A stretch of 64,000 nt of DNA from positions 3,868-67,867 of the forward strand of contig JBAJNM010000005.1 in NCBI GenBank assembly GCA_036881865.1, given 5' to 3'. This document shows, in pieces, positions 27,013 through 37,116 of the stretch; position 1 is the stretch's first letter; each line of letters begins with the position of its first letter. Origin of the DNA: Parvularculales bacterium. GTDB lineage: Bacteria; Pseudomonadota; Alphaproteobacteria; JAPOUT01; JBAJNM01. The translations under genes and the position numbers were made by a program. The notes beneath the pieces are model-generated. The model was not told where the DNA came from and did not search any database. It saw only the letters and a program-made list of their open reading frames with translations.

Positions 27013-28175
27013 TTGCTATCCTCAAGGCCAATATGAATCCTAAGCATTGGCCCCGTAACCTCCCATGACCCGGCTGTGCGATGAGGGGTCACGGGAAGTA
27101 TTAAACTCTCCATGCCACCCCATGAGTACCCCATACCGAAATACGCCATGGAGTCCAGCATAGCCGCCACCGCCCGGGCGGAGCGGGGTTTTAGGATTAC
27201 GCTAAACAATCCCGATGCGCCGGAGAAATCCCGCTGCCAGAGATCATGGTCAGCGTGGCTTTCAAGAGCCGGATATAAGACCGCCTCCACTTCCGGCCGG
27301 GCCTCAAGCCAGCGCGCTACGGTAAGGGCTGACTCCTGATGACGGGGTAACCGCACCCCAAGAGTGCGCATGCCCCGCAAAGCCATATAAATATCATCCG
27401 GTCCGGCGGTTAAGCCCAATGCCTGATGGGTATTGTCAACCGGCGTCCATGCTCTTTCGTTGGTAGCAATCGATCCCAACATGACGTCTGCATGTCCGGA
27501 TACATATTTTGTAAGCGCCTGAATAGAAATATCAACCTCATGATGTAAGGGCTGAAAAAACAAAGGCGAGGCCCAGGAGTTGTCCATGAGCACCCACAGT
27601 TCTGCTTTGTGGGCGCTGTCGGCGATGGCGGGGACATCTTGTATATCAAACGTAAGAGAGCCCGGGGATTCAAGAAAAACTGCACATGTCTCGGCGCGAA
27701 ACAGGTCTGATATTGCTGCTCCGATACGGGGAGGATAAAAACTGACATCTATGCCATATCGCGGCAGAATCTTTGCGCAAAAATGGCGGGTCGGACTATA
27801 GACGCTATCGGCAATCAGCACATGATCGCCGGATTTAAGAACACTCAACAGTGCCGTGGTAACGGCAGATAATCCCGATGGTGTAATGATTGCCCCATGA
27901 GCGTCTTCCAGTTCGGTAAGAGCTTCCTGAAGGGCGCGCATGGTGGGAGTTCCACGTATTCCATAGCTGAGAGGACGGGTCTGGTTATCCTCTAAATCCT
28001 TAACCGTTGGAAACAGGATGGTAGAGGCGTGATAAACGGGCGTGTTAAAAGCTCCTTCATGGGCATGGGGGTTTGTGCCGGCATGCACCAATGTCGTATC
28101 GCGCTCTTGATTATTATTTTCCGGTACGCCGTTCTTTTTAGCCATTTTGGGTCTTTCCTGCACCATTGAAACCAT
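26958..28175 (-). CDS. metC: cystathionine beta-lyase (PLP-dependent trans-sulfuration family)
   Basis: 405-aa ORF with the ALTKYVSGHADVMLGS PLP-lysine motif. The overall pattern is Cys/Met-metabolism PLP enzyme. The start could be a later Met (MAKKNG at 28145). Confidence 0.85.
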   Translation of the reverse strand: MVSMVQERPKMAKKNGVPENNNQERDTTLVHAGTNPHAHEGAFNTPVYHASTILFPTVKDLEDNQTRPLSYGIRGTPTMRALQEALTELEDAHGAIITPSGLSAVTTALLSVLKSGDHVLIADSVYSPTRHFCAKILPRYGIDVSFYPPRIGAAISDLFRAETCAVFLESPGSLTFDIQDVPAIADSAHKAELWVLMDNSWASPLFFQPLHHEVDISIQALTKYVSGHADVMLGSIATNERAWTPVDNTHQALGLTAGPDDIYMALRGMRTLGVRLPRHQESALTVARWLEARPEVEAVLYPALESHADHDLWQRDFSGASGLFSVILKPRSARAVAAMLDSMAYFGMGYSWGGMESLILPVTPHRTAGSWEVTGPMLRIHIGLEDSKDLIHDLEAGFERLRSVD

Positions 28176-28292
28176 GTTTCAGATGTTGTCCGTACGCTAC
28201 CCGATATAGCATATTGTGTCAGGGAGAACTTATGGTAGTTTGCTACAGTTTGTCAGGCCATAAAAATTTGTTGAGCCGTATAATGAAGGATT

Positions 28293-29345
28293 ATGCGTAT
28301 GAGCATTCACTCTATTTTATCAAATTTATCAAAAAGCCTGCTGGCCGGTTTTGGTGTTGCGCTTGTGGCGGCCATATCTACGGTAGCACAGGCCCAGTCC
28401 ACATTGAGTCAGGTGCAAAGCAAAGGCTTTGTGCAGTGTGGTGTGAGTCAGGGTATAGCAGGATTTTCTAATTCTGATGATAGTGGAAACTGGACCGGTC
28501 TTGACGTTGACGTCTGCCGGGCGGTTGCCGCTGCAGTCTTTGGCGATGCAGACAAGGTGAAATATACCTCCCTGTCATCCAAGGCGCGCTTTACGGCGTT
28601 GCAGTCCGGTGAGATCGATATTTTGTCTAATGTCACAACCGTCACCATGCAGCGTGATACGGCGCTGGGTATCAATTTTGTCGGGGTGAATTACTACGAT
28701 GGGCAGAGCTTTATGGTCCGTAAAGATCTGGGCGTCACCAGCGCCTTACAACTATCCGGCGCTTCCGTTTGTACCAATACGGGCACGACGACAGAGTTGA
28801 ATGTTGCTGACTATTTCAGAGCCAACAATATGCCTTACGAAGTCGTGGCTTATGAAAAGATTGAAGAAGGCATTGCCAGTTATGATGCCGGCCGGTGTGA
28901 TGTGTACACGACGGATCGGTCAGGACTTTATGCCGAGCGTTTAACATTAGAGGACAAAGACGCTCATGTGGTGTTGCCGGAGACTATCTCCAAAGAACCG
29001 CTTGGACCTGCCGTTCGTCAGGGTGATGACGAATGGGCCAATATTGTTCGTTGGTCTTTGAATGCCATGCTGAATGCCGAAGAGGCCGATGTTACATCTT
29101 CCAATGTTGATCGCATGCTTGGTTCTGACAATCCTGTAATCAGGCGTATGCTTGGTGTAGAGGGTTCATATGGTGAGAACCTTGGCCTTTCCAACAGGTG
29201 GGCCTACAACATTATCAAGCAGGTAGGCAATTACAGTGAAAGTTTTGAGAGGAATGTTGGGGTGAATACGCCACTTGGTATTTCACGGGGCTTGAATGCC
29301 CTGTGGACCGATGGCGGTATCCAATATGCACCTCCAATCCGGTAA
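28293..29345 (+). CDS. aapJ: general L-amino-acid ABC transporter substrate-binding protein, copy 1
   Basis: 350-aa ORF with a signal peptide ...TVAQAQS, then KGFVQCGVSQG...GNWTGLDVDVCRAVAAAVFGD. Confidence 0.88.
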   Translation: MRMSIHSILSNLSKSLLAGFGVALVAAISTVAQAQSTLSQVQSKGFVQCGVSQGIAGFSNSDDSGNWTGLDVDVCRAVAAAVFGDADKVKYTSLSSKARFTALQSGEIDILSNVTTVTMQRDTALGINFVGVNYYDGQSFMVRKDLGVTSALQLSGASVCTNTGTTTELNVADYFRANNMPYEVVAYEKIEEGIASYDAGRCDVYTTDRSGLYAERLTLEDKDAHVVLPETISKEPLGPAVRQGDDEWANIVRWSLNAMLNAEEADVTSSNVDRMLGSDNPVIRRMLGVEGSYGENLGLSNRWAYNIIKQVGNYSESFERNVGVNTPLGISRGLNALWTDGGIQYAPPIR

Positions 29346-29708
29346 CGGCGGACGGTCCGCGATACTTCATCAACTGACTGTTTTATGTCCTTCGGGCATG
29401 CAATAATTCCGGTAAATATCCAGATTAACACCCCGGGTGTATCAATCACTTATACACTACTTATCCACAGTGAAGGGTTTATGGGTAGTCCTGCATAATA
29501 TAGTTCCGTTTTTTTGACTATTGCCACTGTGCAATTTTGTGATAGCCTCAGAGGCTGGAGTGCCGCATCATTAATAGCTTTAAAGGAGCGGAAAGTACAG
29601 GTTGTCATAATCTTCCCGGAATTGCGGTATTCTGGATCGGGAGGAATGGTTTGGAAACTTTCGCTTTTCCATTTTCTTGGTAGAAAAAACTTAAGGAGGG
29701 ACATTCTC

Positions 29709-30746
29709 GTGAGTATTCGTTCTATTTTATCAAAAATCCTGCTGGCCGGATTTGGCACCGTGCTTGTAGCGGCCATATCTACGGCAGCGCAGGCTCAGTC
29801 CACATTGAGTCAGGTGCAAGGCAAAGGCTTTGTGCAGTGTGGTGTGAGTCAGGGCTTGCCGGGCTTTTCTAATCCTGATGATAGCGGAAACTGGACAGGT
29901 ATTGACGTTGACGTCTGCCGGGCAGTTGCCGCTGCGGTCTTCGGCGATGCAGATAAGGTGAAATATACACCTCTGTCGGCTAAAGAGCGTTTTACGGCGT
30001 TGCAGTCCGGTGAGATTGATATTTTATCCCGTAACACGACAATGAGCATGCAGCGCGATACGGCTCTGGGTGTCAATTTTGTAGGCATTAACTATTATGA
30101 CGGGCAGGGCTTTATGGTCCGTAAAGACCTGGGCGTCACCAGCGCTTTACAACTGTCCGGTGCTTCCGTTTGCACCAATACGGGTACAACGACAGAACTG
30201 AATGTTGCTGACTATTTCAGGGCCAACAACATGCCTTATGAAATTGTAGCGTTTGAAAAGGCTGATGAAGGCGTTGCCAGTTATGACGCCGGCCGGTGTG
30301 ATGTGTACACGACGGACCAATCGGGGCTTTATGCTCAGCGTCTGAAATTGACGGATAAAGACGCTCATGTGGTGTTGCCGGAGCTTATCTCCAAAGAACC
30401 GCTCGGCCCCGCCGTTCGTCAGGGTGATGACGAATGGGCTAATGTCGTTCGCTGGTCTTTGAATGCCATGCTGAATGCCGAAGAGGCCGATGTTACATCT
30501 TCCAATGTTGACCGCATGCTTGGTTCTGACAATCCTATAATTAGGCGTATGCTTGGTGTGGAGGGTTCATATGGTGAGAATCTCGGTCTTTCCAACAGAT
30601 GGGCCTACAACATTATCAAGCAGGTCGGTAATTACAGTGAAAGCTTTGAAAGGAATGTTGGGGTGAATACGCCACTTGGTATTTCACGGGGCTTGAATGC
30701 CCTGTGGACCGATGGTGGTATTCAATATGCGGCTCCAATCAGGTAA
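29709..30746 (+). CDS. aapJ: general L-amino-acid ABC transporter substrate-binding protein, copy 2 (tandem paralog)
   Basis: The track ORF is 29514..30746. I trimmed it to GTG at 29709, preceded by AAGGAGGG, aligning with the copy 1 N-terminus (VSIRSILSKILLAGFGTVLVAAISTAAQAQS). It is near-identical to copy 1 over most of its length. Confidence 0.85.
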   Translation: MSIRSILSKILLAGFGTVLVAAISTAAQAQSTLSQVQGKGFVQCGVSQGLPGFSNPDDSGNWTGIDVDVCRAVAAAVFGDADKVKYTPLSAKERFTALQSGEIDILSRNTTMSMQRDTALGVNFVGINYYDGQGFMVRKDLGVTSALQLSGASVCTNTGTTTELNVADYFRANNMPYEIVAFEKADEGVASYDAGRCDVYTTDQSGLYAQRLKLTDKDAHVVLPELISKEPLGPAVRQGDDEWANVVRWSLNAMLNAEEADVTSSNVDRMLGSDNPIIRRMLGVEGSYGENLGLSNRWAYNIIKQVGNYSESFERNVGVNTPLGISRGLNALWTDGGIQYAAPIR

Positions 30747-30758
30747 ATACGGGCATTT

Positions 30759-30801
30759 ACACATTGATGTCAGGGAAAGATCTTCTCTGGTATCAGTGTG
30801 T
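30759..30801 (+). promoter_or_regulatory. intercistronic stem-loop between aapJ copy 2 and aapQ
   Basis: ACACATTGAT...ATCAGTGTGT arms pair at 9 of 10 positions, with further partial pairing inside. There is no T-run, so it is not a classical terminator. Confidence 0.35.
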
Positions 30802-30883
30802 GTTCGTAATTTATGGGGTCGACTCTGGAGAATAAATCCCGCATGATTGGTGTGGAGTTAAGTGATTAGTCAGGTGGGGTATT

Positions 30884-32104
30884 GTGTCTAGTGAAGGCAG
30901 TTCAGGGCCATCTACCGCTACTTCTGCCGTGGGGCGGAAAAAGGGCTCTATCTCCGCCTTCCTGAATAATTCTTACTACCGTGGAATTATATTTCAAGCC
31001 CTCACAATCGCTCTTATTGTGGGGTTCGTCTGGTGGGTTGTTGGTAATACTGTCACTAATCTGGCTGAGCGGAACATTGCATCCGGTTTTGGTTTTCTGA
31101 ACAGCACTGCCGGATTTTCTATCAATTTTTCTCTTATCGAATATTCCGAGGAGTCAACTCACGGGCGTGTTCTGCTGGTAGGGTTGCTCAATACGATTTT
31201 GTGCGCTGCTCTCAGCATTTTCTTCGCAACGATTATCGGTTTTGTTGTTGGTGTAGGCCGGTTATCCAGCAACTGGCTGGTGAGAAAACTGTCAGCAGCC
31301 TACGTTGAGATTGTTCGTAATGTGCCGCTTCTTTTAATAATTTTGTTTGTCTATATTGCTGTCCTTCAGGTGTTGCCCAGCCCCAGAAACAGTTTTTCTC
31401 TGTTTGGTGATTTTTTCTGGAACAATCGCGGGCTTGTAACGCCGCAACCGGTTTTTGAGTCAGGGTCGGGGTTGATCTTCTTTGTGTTTATTGCCGCTCT
31501 TGTTATGTCCTTTTTTGTGCGGATGTGGGCGCGGAAACGGCAGATGGAGACCGGCGCGCAGTTTCCGGTTTTTTATACGGCACTTGGCTTGATTATTGGC
31601 TTGCCGGTTATTACATATTTTCTGGCAGGCCAGCCGATATCTTTTGTTTTTCCGGAGCTAAAAGGATTTAATTTTGTTGGCGGTATCAACATTGTCAATG
31701 AACTGTTGGCTCTTGTCATAGCCTTATCTATGTATACGGCCTCTTATATTGCCGAGATTGTACGGGCAGGAATTTTATCTGTAAGTCACGGTCAGACGGA
31801 AGCGGCATATTCTTTAGGGCTCTCGCCCGGTAAAACCACCCGGCTGATTGTCATACCTCAGGCCATGCGGTTGATTATTCCTCCATTGACCAGTCAATAT
31901 CTGAACCTGACAAAGAATTCGTCGCTGGCAGCCGCCATTGCCTATCCGGAACTGGTCTCCGTGTTTGCGGGTACGAGTCTTAATCAGGTTGGTCAGGCTG
32001 TGGAAGTCCTCTCTATTACCATGGCTATCTATTTGTCGCTCAGCCTGCTGACCTCCCTGTTGATGAACTGGTACAACGCGAGCATGGCATTGAAGGAAAG
32101 GTAA
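30884..32104 (+). CDS. aapQ: amino-acid ABC transporter permease
   Basis: 406-aa polytopic ORF (GTG start) with the EAA-type motif [40 protein letters not shown]. Confidence 0.88.
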   Translation: MSSEGSSGPSTATSAVGRKKGSISAFLNNSYYRGIIFQALTIALIVGFVWWVVGNTVTNLAERNIASGFGFLNSTAGFSINFSLIEYSEESTHGRVLLVGLLNTILCAALSIFFATIIGFVVGVGRLSSNWLVRKLSAAYVEIVRNVPLLLIILFVYIAVLQVLPSPRNSFSLFGDFFWNNRGLVTPQPVFESGSGLIFFVFIAALVMSFFVRMWARKRQMETGAQFPVFYTALGLIIGLPVITYFLAGQPISFVFPELKGFNFVGGINIVNELLALVIALSMYTASYIAEIVRAGILSVSHGQTEAAYSLGLSPGKTTRLIVIPQAMRLIIPPLTSQYLNLTKNSSLAAAIAYPELVSVFAGTSLNQVGQAVEVLSITMAIYLSLSLLTSLLMNWYNASMALKER

Positions 32105-32109
32105 CCCTC

Positions 32110-33210
32110 TTGGCAAACGAACGGACAACAAACCTTTATACACGCACCGAAGAAGTGGTCGTTTGGTTAAGGAAGAATCTATTCTCTACGTGGTACAACG
32201 CCGTTCTTTCAATTGTGTCCGTGTATGTCATCTGGGTTGTCGCCAGCGGCTTCGTGAACTGGGCTTTTATTAACGCTGTCGGGTTCGATGGTGACCGGGA
32301 CACTTGTGTAATGTACGCCAAAGGCGCTTGTTGGCCGTTTATTGAAGCGAAGTGGAGCCAGATTATTTACGGGCGTTATCCGGAGATGGAACGCTGGCGG
32401 GTAGATGTAACATTTCTGATTGGCGCTCTGGCTGTGGTGCCTATGCTTATGCCGTCCATGCCGTTTAAGCGGGCCAATGCGGTGTTTTTGCTTGTTCCTT
32501 ACCCGATCCTCGGGTTTTTTCTCCTCAACGGAGGGGCATTTGGCCTTGAGCCTGTAGAGACTCCGTTATGGGGAGGTTTGCTGGTTACCCTTGTTGTGGC
32601 AATTGTCGGGATTGTGGCTTCTTTGCCAATTGGTATTCTGCTGGCTCTTGGGCGGCGCTCCGAAATGCCGGTCATTCGCATTTTGTGTGTGGGCTTCATA
32701 GAGTTCTGGCGGGGTGTACCTTTGATTACGGTGTTGTTCATGGCGAGTGTCATGTTACCGCTGTTTTTGCCTCAGGGCGTGACCTTTGACAAACTCCTGC
32801 GCTGTCTGATTGGCATCGCATTGTTTTCATCGGCCTATATGGCGGAGGTCGTCAGGGGAGGGTTGCAGTCAATACCGCGCGGTCAATATGAGGCGGCTCA
32901 GGCGTTGGGGCTCGGATATTGGAAGATGATGGGGTTGATTGTTTTGCCTCAGGCCTTGAAACTGGTCATTCCGGGCATTGTGAATACGTTTATCGGCCTG
33001 TTCAAAGATACGACGCTGGTTTTGATCATCGGATTGTTTGATTTGCTGGGTATTGTGCAACTTAGTTTTTCTGACCCAAGCTGGTCTACGCCTCAGACAG
33101 CGGCAACCGGATATGCTGTGGTCGGGATTATATTCTGGATATTTTGCTACGGAATGTCGCGCTATTCCCAGTTTATGGAGCGTTACCTTCATACCGGACA
33201 TAAACGGTAA
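32110..33210 (+). CDS. aapM: amino-acid ABC transporter permease
   Basis: 366-aa polytopic ORF (TTG start) with [37 protein letters not shown]. Confidence 0.88.
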   Translation: MANERTTNLYTRTEEVVVWLRKNLFSTWYNAVLSIVSVYVIWVVASGFVNWAFINAVGFDGDRDTCVMYAKGACWPFIEAKWSQIIYGRYPEMERWRVDVTFLIGALAVVPMLMPSMPFKRANAVFLLVPYPILGFFLLNGGAFGLEPVETPLWGGLLVTLVVAIVGIVASLPIGILLALGRRSEMPVIRILCVGFIEFWRGVPLITVLFMASVMLPLFLPQGVTFDKLLRCLIGIALFSSAYMAEVVRGGLQSIPRGQYEAAQALGLGYWKMMGLIVLPQALKLVIPGIVNTFIGLFKDTTLVLIIGLFDLLGIVQLSFSDPSWSTPQTAATGYAVVGIIFWIFCYGMSRYSQFMERYLHTGHKR

Positions 33211-33229
33211 AGTAAGAGAGGATAATAAA

Positions 33230-34021
33230 GTGACGGATAATTCGATGAATCAAGATTCAGCACAGGACGGCATGAAAATATCTGATGAGGTTGCTGTCCG
33301 GATGGTCGGCATGAACAAATGGTATGAAGATTTTCATGTGCTCAAAGATATCAATTTGACGATTCATACCGGCGAAAGAATTGTGGTTTGCGGTCCTTCC
33401 GGTTCCGGAAAGTCCACGCTGGTTAGGTGCATTAACAGGCTTGAGGAGCATCAGGAAGGGCAGATTATTGTCGAGGGTATTGAACTCACTGACGATGTTA
33501 AAAAAATTGATGAGATCCGGAGAGATACCGGCATGTGCTTCCAGCATTTTAATCTGTTCCCTCACCTGACAACGCTAGAGAATTGCACTTTAGCTCCTAT
33601 CTGGGTTCACAAGATGCCCAAGAAGGAAGCTGAGGAAGTTGCCATGCAGTTTTTAGAGCGGGTCAAGATTCCCGATAAGGCGGATAAATACCCGGGTCAA
33701 TTATCCGGAGGCCAACAGCAGCGGGTTGCCATTGCGCGGGCTTTGTGTATGAAACCCCGTATTATGCTGTTTGATGAACCCACATCGGCTCTTGATCCGG
33801 AGATGATTAAGGAAGTGCTGGACGTGATGGTCTCTCTGGCTGAGGGAGGCATGACGATGGTTTGCGTGACCCATGAGATGGGTTTTGCGCGGCAGGTCGC
33901 CAACCGTGTTATTTTCATGGATGGGGGACAGATTGTAGAAGAAAACGCACCGGAACCGTTTTTCACCAATCCTCAAAATGAGCGCACTAAACTCTTTTTA
34001 AGCCAGATTTTAAATCATTAA
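33230..34021 (+). CDS. aapP: amino-acid ABC transporter ATP-binding protein
   Basis: The track ORF is 33038..34021. I trimmed it to GTG at 33230 after AGAGAGGA (or ATG 33245). Walker A is GPSGSGKST, the signature is LSGGQQQR, and Walker B is [12 protein letters not shown]. Confidence 0.9.
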   Translation: MTDNSMNQDSAQDGMKISDEVAVRMVGMNKWYEDFHVLKDINLTIHTGERIVVCGPSGSGKSTLVRCINRLEEHQEGQIIVEGIELTDDVKKIDEIRRDTGMCFQHFNLFPHLTTLENCTLAPIWVHKMPKKEAEEVAMQFLERVKIPDKADKYPGQLSGGQQQRVAIARALCMKPRIMLFDEPTSALDPEMIKEVLDVMVSLAEGGMTMVCVTHEMGFARQVANRVIFMDGGQIVEENAPEPFFTNPQNERTKLFLSQILNH

Positions 34022-34629
34022 TTTGCTAGGTTTCGTTGCTTCTTTTCTATCCATTTTGAAGCTTTAATAATCTGCATAAGACGTCCCACGGACGATGCCG
34101 CCGGTGTTCGTTCAATAGATCGATAGAGTTCATCAAGGATCTCATTGAGCGTGAGAATTTTGACAGGGTTACCGCGCATGGCTGTTTTAAAAGTATTGTA
34201 ATTTTCCCATTTCTCTTTATTTGCATTCGGCTTAAGTGTTGTTACGGCTGTAATGTAAGTGAATTTTTTTGACTCTGTAATTTCTTCAACTTTATCTAGG
34301 AAGGCTGATGTCCATTTTTCTTTGACGAGTTCTCGGAAGCCTTTCCATGTTTCGCGCCCACTCTCTTTTTTCCCTTCTTCAATCTTTTTTATTATGTTGT
34401 CCGGATCGAAGCCACCTTGCCAGCTTTTACAGCTAACAACAATAACGCGCTCTGATCCTTTTAACGTCGGGTTAAATCCTATGACGTCAATATCGCTGGC
34501 AACTCTATCTTGCTTTGATTCATATTCCGGATGTGAAGGATCAGGTTTGAATTTGACATTGTGTCTGGTGAAATAGCCTTTATGTTGCAGATATTCATCT
34601 ACGAGCTGTTCTAAAATATCCTCTTTCAT
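34018..34629 (-). CDS. PD-(D/E)XK-like nuclease-fold protein with a Lys/Glu-rich helical C-terminal half; function unknown
   Basis: 203-aa ORF in an AT-rich stretch. Its N-terminus is [14 protein letters not shown]...[11 protein letters not shown]...[10 protein letters not shown], a helix-E ... D ... (S)xK arrangement reminiscent of restriction-endonuclease-like cores. Confidence 0.45.
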   Translation of the reverse strand: MKEDILEQLVDEYLQHKGYFTRHNVKFKPDPSHPEYESKQDRVASDIDVIGFNPTLKGSERVIVVSCKSWQGGFDPDNIIKKIEEGKKESGRETWKGFRELVKEKWTSAFLDKVEEITESKKFTYITAVTTLKPNANKEKWENYNTFKTAMRGNPVKILTLNEILDELYRSIERTPAASSVGRLMQIIKASKWIEKKQRNLAN

Positions 34630-34632
34630 GAC

Positions 34633-35139
34633 TTAGTTCTCTTCTAAGTAATATTCATAATTTAACGACGGGAGTTTTTCTTGTTGCGCAAGACTAAAAC
34701 ATTCTTCCTCCCCAACTTGCAAAAAACCAATTTTTTTCAATAGTTTTGCAGAAGCAATATTTTCACTAAGCACGCAGGCTTTTAATTTTCTAAATGTCGT
34801 ATTGGTTTTTAGATAGTCAAGAAAACCTCTAACCGCCTCCGTTGCGTAACCTTGTCCCCAATAATCGACTCCCAGCCAATATCCGAGTTCATAAAAACCG
34901 TTATCTCTGGGCGTCAAACCGATGCCGCCTACCAGATTATTGTTTAAGAAAATATTTAATGAAAACTTATCATTGTTAACAATCTCTAGCCATTTATCAG
35001 CATCGTCTAACGTATAAGGATAGGGAACACTGCTTAAGTTTTTTGAAACCCTGAAATCACCAATCAGGTTAACCAACCGTTCTTTATCGGCATGACCTAA
35101 TTTTTTTAAAACCAGTCTGTCCGTTCTAATTTCAGCCAT
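34633..35139 (-). CDS. GNAT-family N-acetyltransferase (RimJ/RimL-like)
   Basis: 168-aa ORF with GYWLGVDYWGQGYATEAVRGFLDY...NIASAKLLKKIGF. AT-rich. Confidence 0.8.
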   Translation of the reverse strand: MAEIRTDRLVLKKLGHADKERLVNLIGDFRVSKNLSSVPYPYTLDDADKWLEIVNNDKFSLNIFLNNNLVGGIGLTPRDNGFYELGYWLGVDYWGQGYATEAVRGFLDYLKTNTTFRKLKACVLSENIASAKLLKKIGFLQVGEEECFSLAQQEKLPSLNYEYYLEEN

Positions 35140-35140
35140 T

Positions 35141-35689
35141 TTATAATCTATTCGCAGTTGGCGACGGCCAGTCGGCGGGCTGTTTTAATATGCCGTTTTC
35201 CTGTTCATAGGGTGTGAAACCGCAGCGTTGATAGAGGGGCAGGGCATGGGGATGGTCCAGAGTGCAGGTTTGCACAATCAGGCGGTTGATTTCCTGAGAC
35301 CAGGCAAGGTTAATGGCCTCATGAAGAAGATAAACCCCCAACCCCTCGCCGATTTGTTCGGGCATCAGCCCCAGCATGGAAAGTTCGGCCTGAGGGAACA
35401 GGCGAAAATCAAGCTCTGCAAATCCGGCCGGTACGCCATTGTGGTGCAACACATATATTTTGACATCATCATTGTGAATAATGGCGGTGAGTTGCTCGTC
35501 CGGCATACGCCAGCGGTCCACCCAATAGTAATCTTTACCGATTGTATCGTAGAGGTAGCGGTAGAAGTGTACGGGCGGTTTTTCGGCCCGGATGAGAGCT
35601 ACGGTGCCGGAGAGGGTATGAGAGGGGCTTTTGGCCGGATGCGCCAGCATTTCCAGATAGGTGATGGTAATTTCGTGGGGGATATCCAT
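35141..35689 (-). CDS. GNAT-family acetyltransferase
   Basis: 182-aa ORF with LMPEQIGEGLGVYLLHEAINLAW...LPLYQRCGFTP. Confidence 0.7.
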   Translation of the reverse strand: MDIPHEITITYLEMLAHPAKSPSHTLSGTVALIRAEKPPVHFYRYLYDTIGKDYYWVDRWRMPDEQLTAIIHNDDVKIYVLHHNGVPAGFAELDFRLFPQAELSMLGLMPEQIGEGLGVYLLHEAINLAWSQEINRLIVQTCTLDHPHALPLYQRCGFTPYEQENGILKQPADWPSPTANRL

Positions 35690-35696
35690 GAGGATT

Positions 35697-36698
35697 TTAT
35701 GTCAGCCAGTCGGGGTAGGGCAGGTTCTTTTCTTTTAGGAATGTTGGGTTAAACATTTTGCTTTGATAGCGCGTTCCGTAATCGCACAAGACGGTGACGA
35801 TGGTATGTCCGGGTCCCATTTGGCGGGCAAGGCGTATAGCTCCCGCAATATTAATGCCGCTGGAGCCACCCAGACAAAGCCCTTCTTCTTTCAGCAGACC
35901 AAAAACAATAGGCAGCGCTTCTTCATCGGGAATCTGGAAGGCGTCATCTATGGGGGCGTCTTCCAGATTGGCAGTGACGCGTCCCTGACCGATCCCTTCG
36001 GTAATGGATGTGCCTTCTGATTTCAATTCGCCATGTTTGTAATAATGATAGAGCGCCGCTCCCATGGGGTCGGCAGCGGCGGCGACGATTGACGGGCTTT
36101 TCGACTTCAAAGCCATAGCGACCCCTGCCAGCGTGCCGCCGGTGCCGATGGCGCAAGTAAAGCCATCTACTTTGCCTTCCGTTTGCTGCCAGATTTCAGG
36201 ACCGGTAGTCTCAACATGGGCCTTGCGGTTGGCTATGTTGTCAAACTGGTTCGCCCAGATCGCCCCGTTGGGTTCTTTTTCGTTGATCTCTTCGGCCAGA
36301 CGGCCTGAATATTTGACGTAATTATTGGGGTCTTTATAAGGAACGGCCGGTACTTCAATGAGTTCTGCACCGGCAAGACGTAGCATATCCTTTTTTTCCT
36401 GCGATTGAGTGTCGGGAATAACAATCACGGTTCGATACCCCAAACTGTTGTTGACCAGCGCCAGGCCAATACCGGTATTCCCTGCCGTTCCTTCAACAAC
36501 GACGCCGCCTTCGCGCAATTGACCCTTCTTGATGGCATCCTGCACAATATAAAGGGCGGCGCGGTCTTTGACGGACTGTCCGGGGTTCATGAACTCGGCT
36601 TTGCCGAGAATCTCACATCCGGTTTCTTCCGAGGCGCGCCGCAGGCGAATAAGTGGCGTATTGCCAATAGTTTCTATGAGATTATTACGAATTTCCAT
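35697..36698 (-). CDS. cysK: cysteine synthase / CBS-like PLP enzyme (no CBS-pair domain)
   Basis: 333-aa ORF with GNTPLIRL, NPGQSVKDRAAL (PLP lysine), EGTAGNTGIGLA and GTGGTLAG. Confidence 0.85.
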   Translation of the reverse strand: MEIRNNLIETIGNTPLIRLRRASEETGCEILGKAEFMNPGQSVKDRAALYIVQDAIKKGQLREGGVVVEGTAGNTGIGLALVNNSLGYRTVIVIPDTQSQEKKDMLRLAGAELIEVPAVPYKDPNNYVKYSGRLAEEINEKEPNGAIWANQFDNIANRKAHVETTGPEIWQQTEGKVDGFTCAIGTGGTLAGVAMALKSKSPSIVAAAADPMGAALYHYYKHGELKSEGTSITEGIGQGRVTANLEDAPIDDAFQIPDEEALPIVFGLLKEEGLCLGGSSGINIAGAIRLARQMGPGHTIVTVLCDYGTRYQSKMFNPTFLKEKNLPYPDWLT

Positions 36699-36762
36699 AC
36701 CATAACTTTACAGTGCCGGGCTATATTGTTCAAGATTACAGACAGTATGAAAGAGATACACT

Positions 36763-37101
36763 ATGGAAAAAGACGCAGTAATTTATATGGTGCAATCATG
36801 GGTTAAGCCGGGCGAGGGTGAGGCTTACCTGCGTTGGCTTGAGGACAAGCACATGAAAGACGTGCTTAACGTTAAGGGCATGATGTGGGCACGCAAGGTG
36901 ATGCTGGAACAAAAAGATGAAGCGCGGGGATGGGATGGTGTTCTTTTAATATACGGTGCCGCTTCCCGTTCTGCACTGGAGAGTTATTTGAATAGCCCTG
37001 AGCGGGATAAATTTTGGGACGAACTAAAGGCGTTTACCGATGTTCACTATTCAACACGGGTTTATGGGCAGGTAGATTTTGTCCTTAATGATATTCGGTG
37101 A
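36763..37101 (+). CDS. small cytosolic protein, possibly dimeric alpha/beta-barrel (DUF4286/EthD-like)
   Basis: 112-aa ORF. The family guess rests only on size and the pattern YMVQSWVKPGEGEAYLRWLEDKHMKDVL. Confidence 0.4.
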   Translation: MEKDAVIYMVQSWVKPGEGEAYLRWLEDKHMKDVLNVKGMMWARKVMLEQKDEARGWDGVLLIYGAASRSALESYLNSPERDKFWDELKAFTDVHYSTRVYGQVDFVLNDIR

Positions 37102-37116
37102 GTGCGGTGATGGGAA

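Noticed and set aside
29514-29708. N-terminal extension of ORF 29514..30746 (aapJ copy 2)
   Set aside because: The extension has no counterpart in copy 1. A strong RBS and a GTG at 29709 align with the copy 1 signal peptide.
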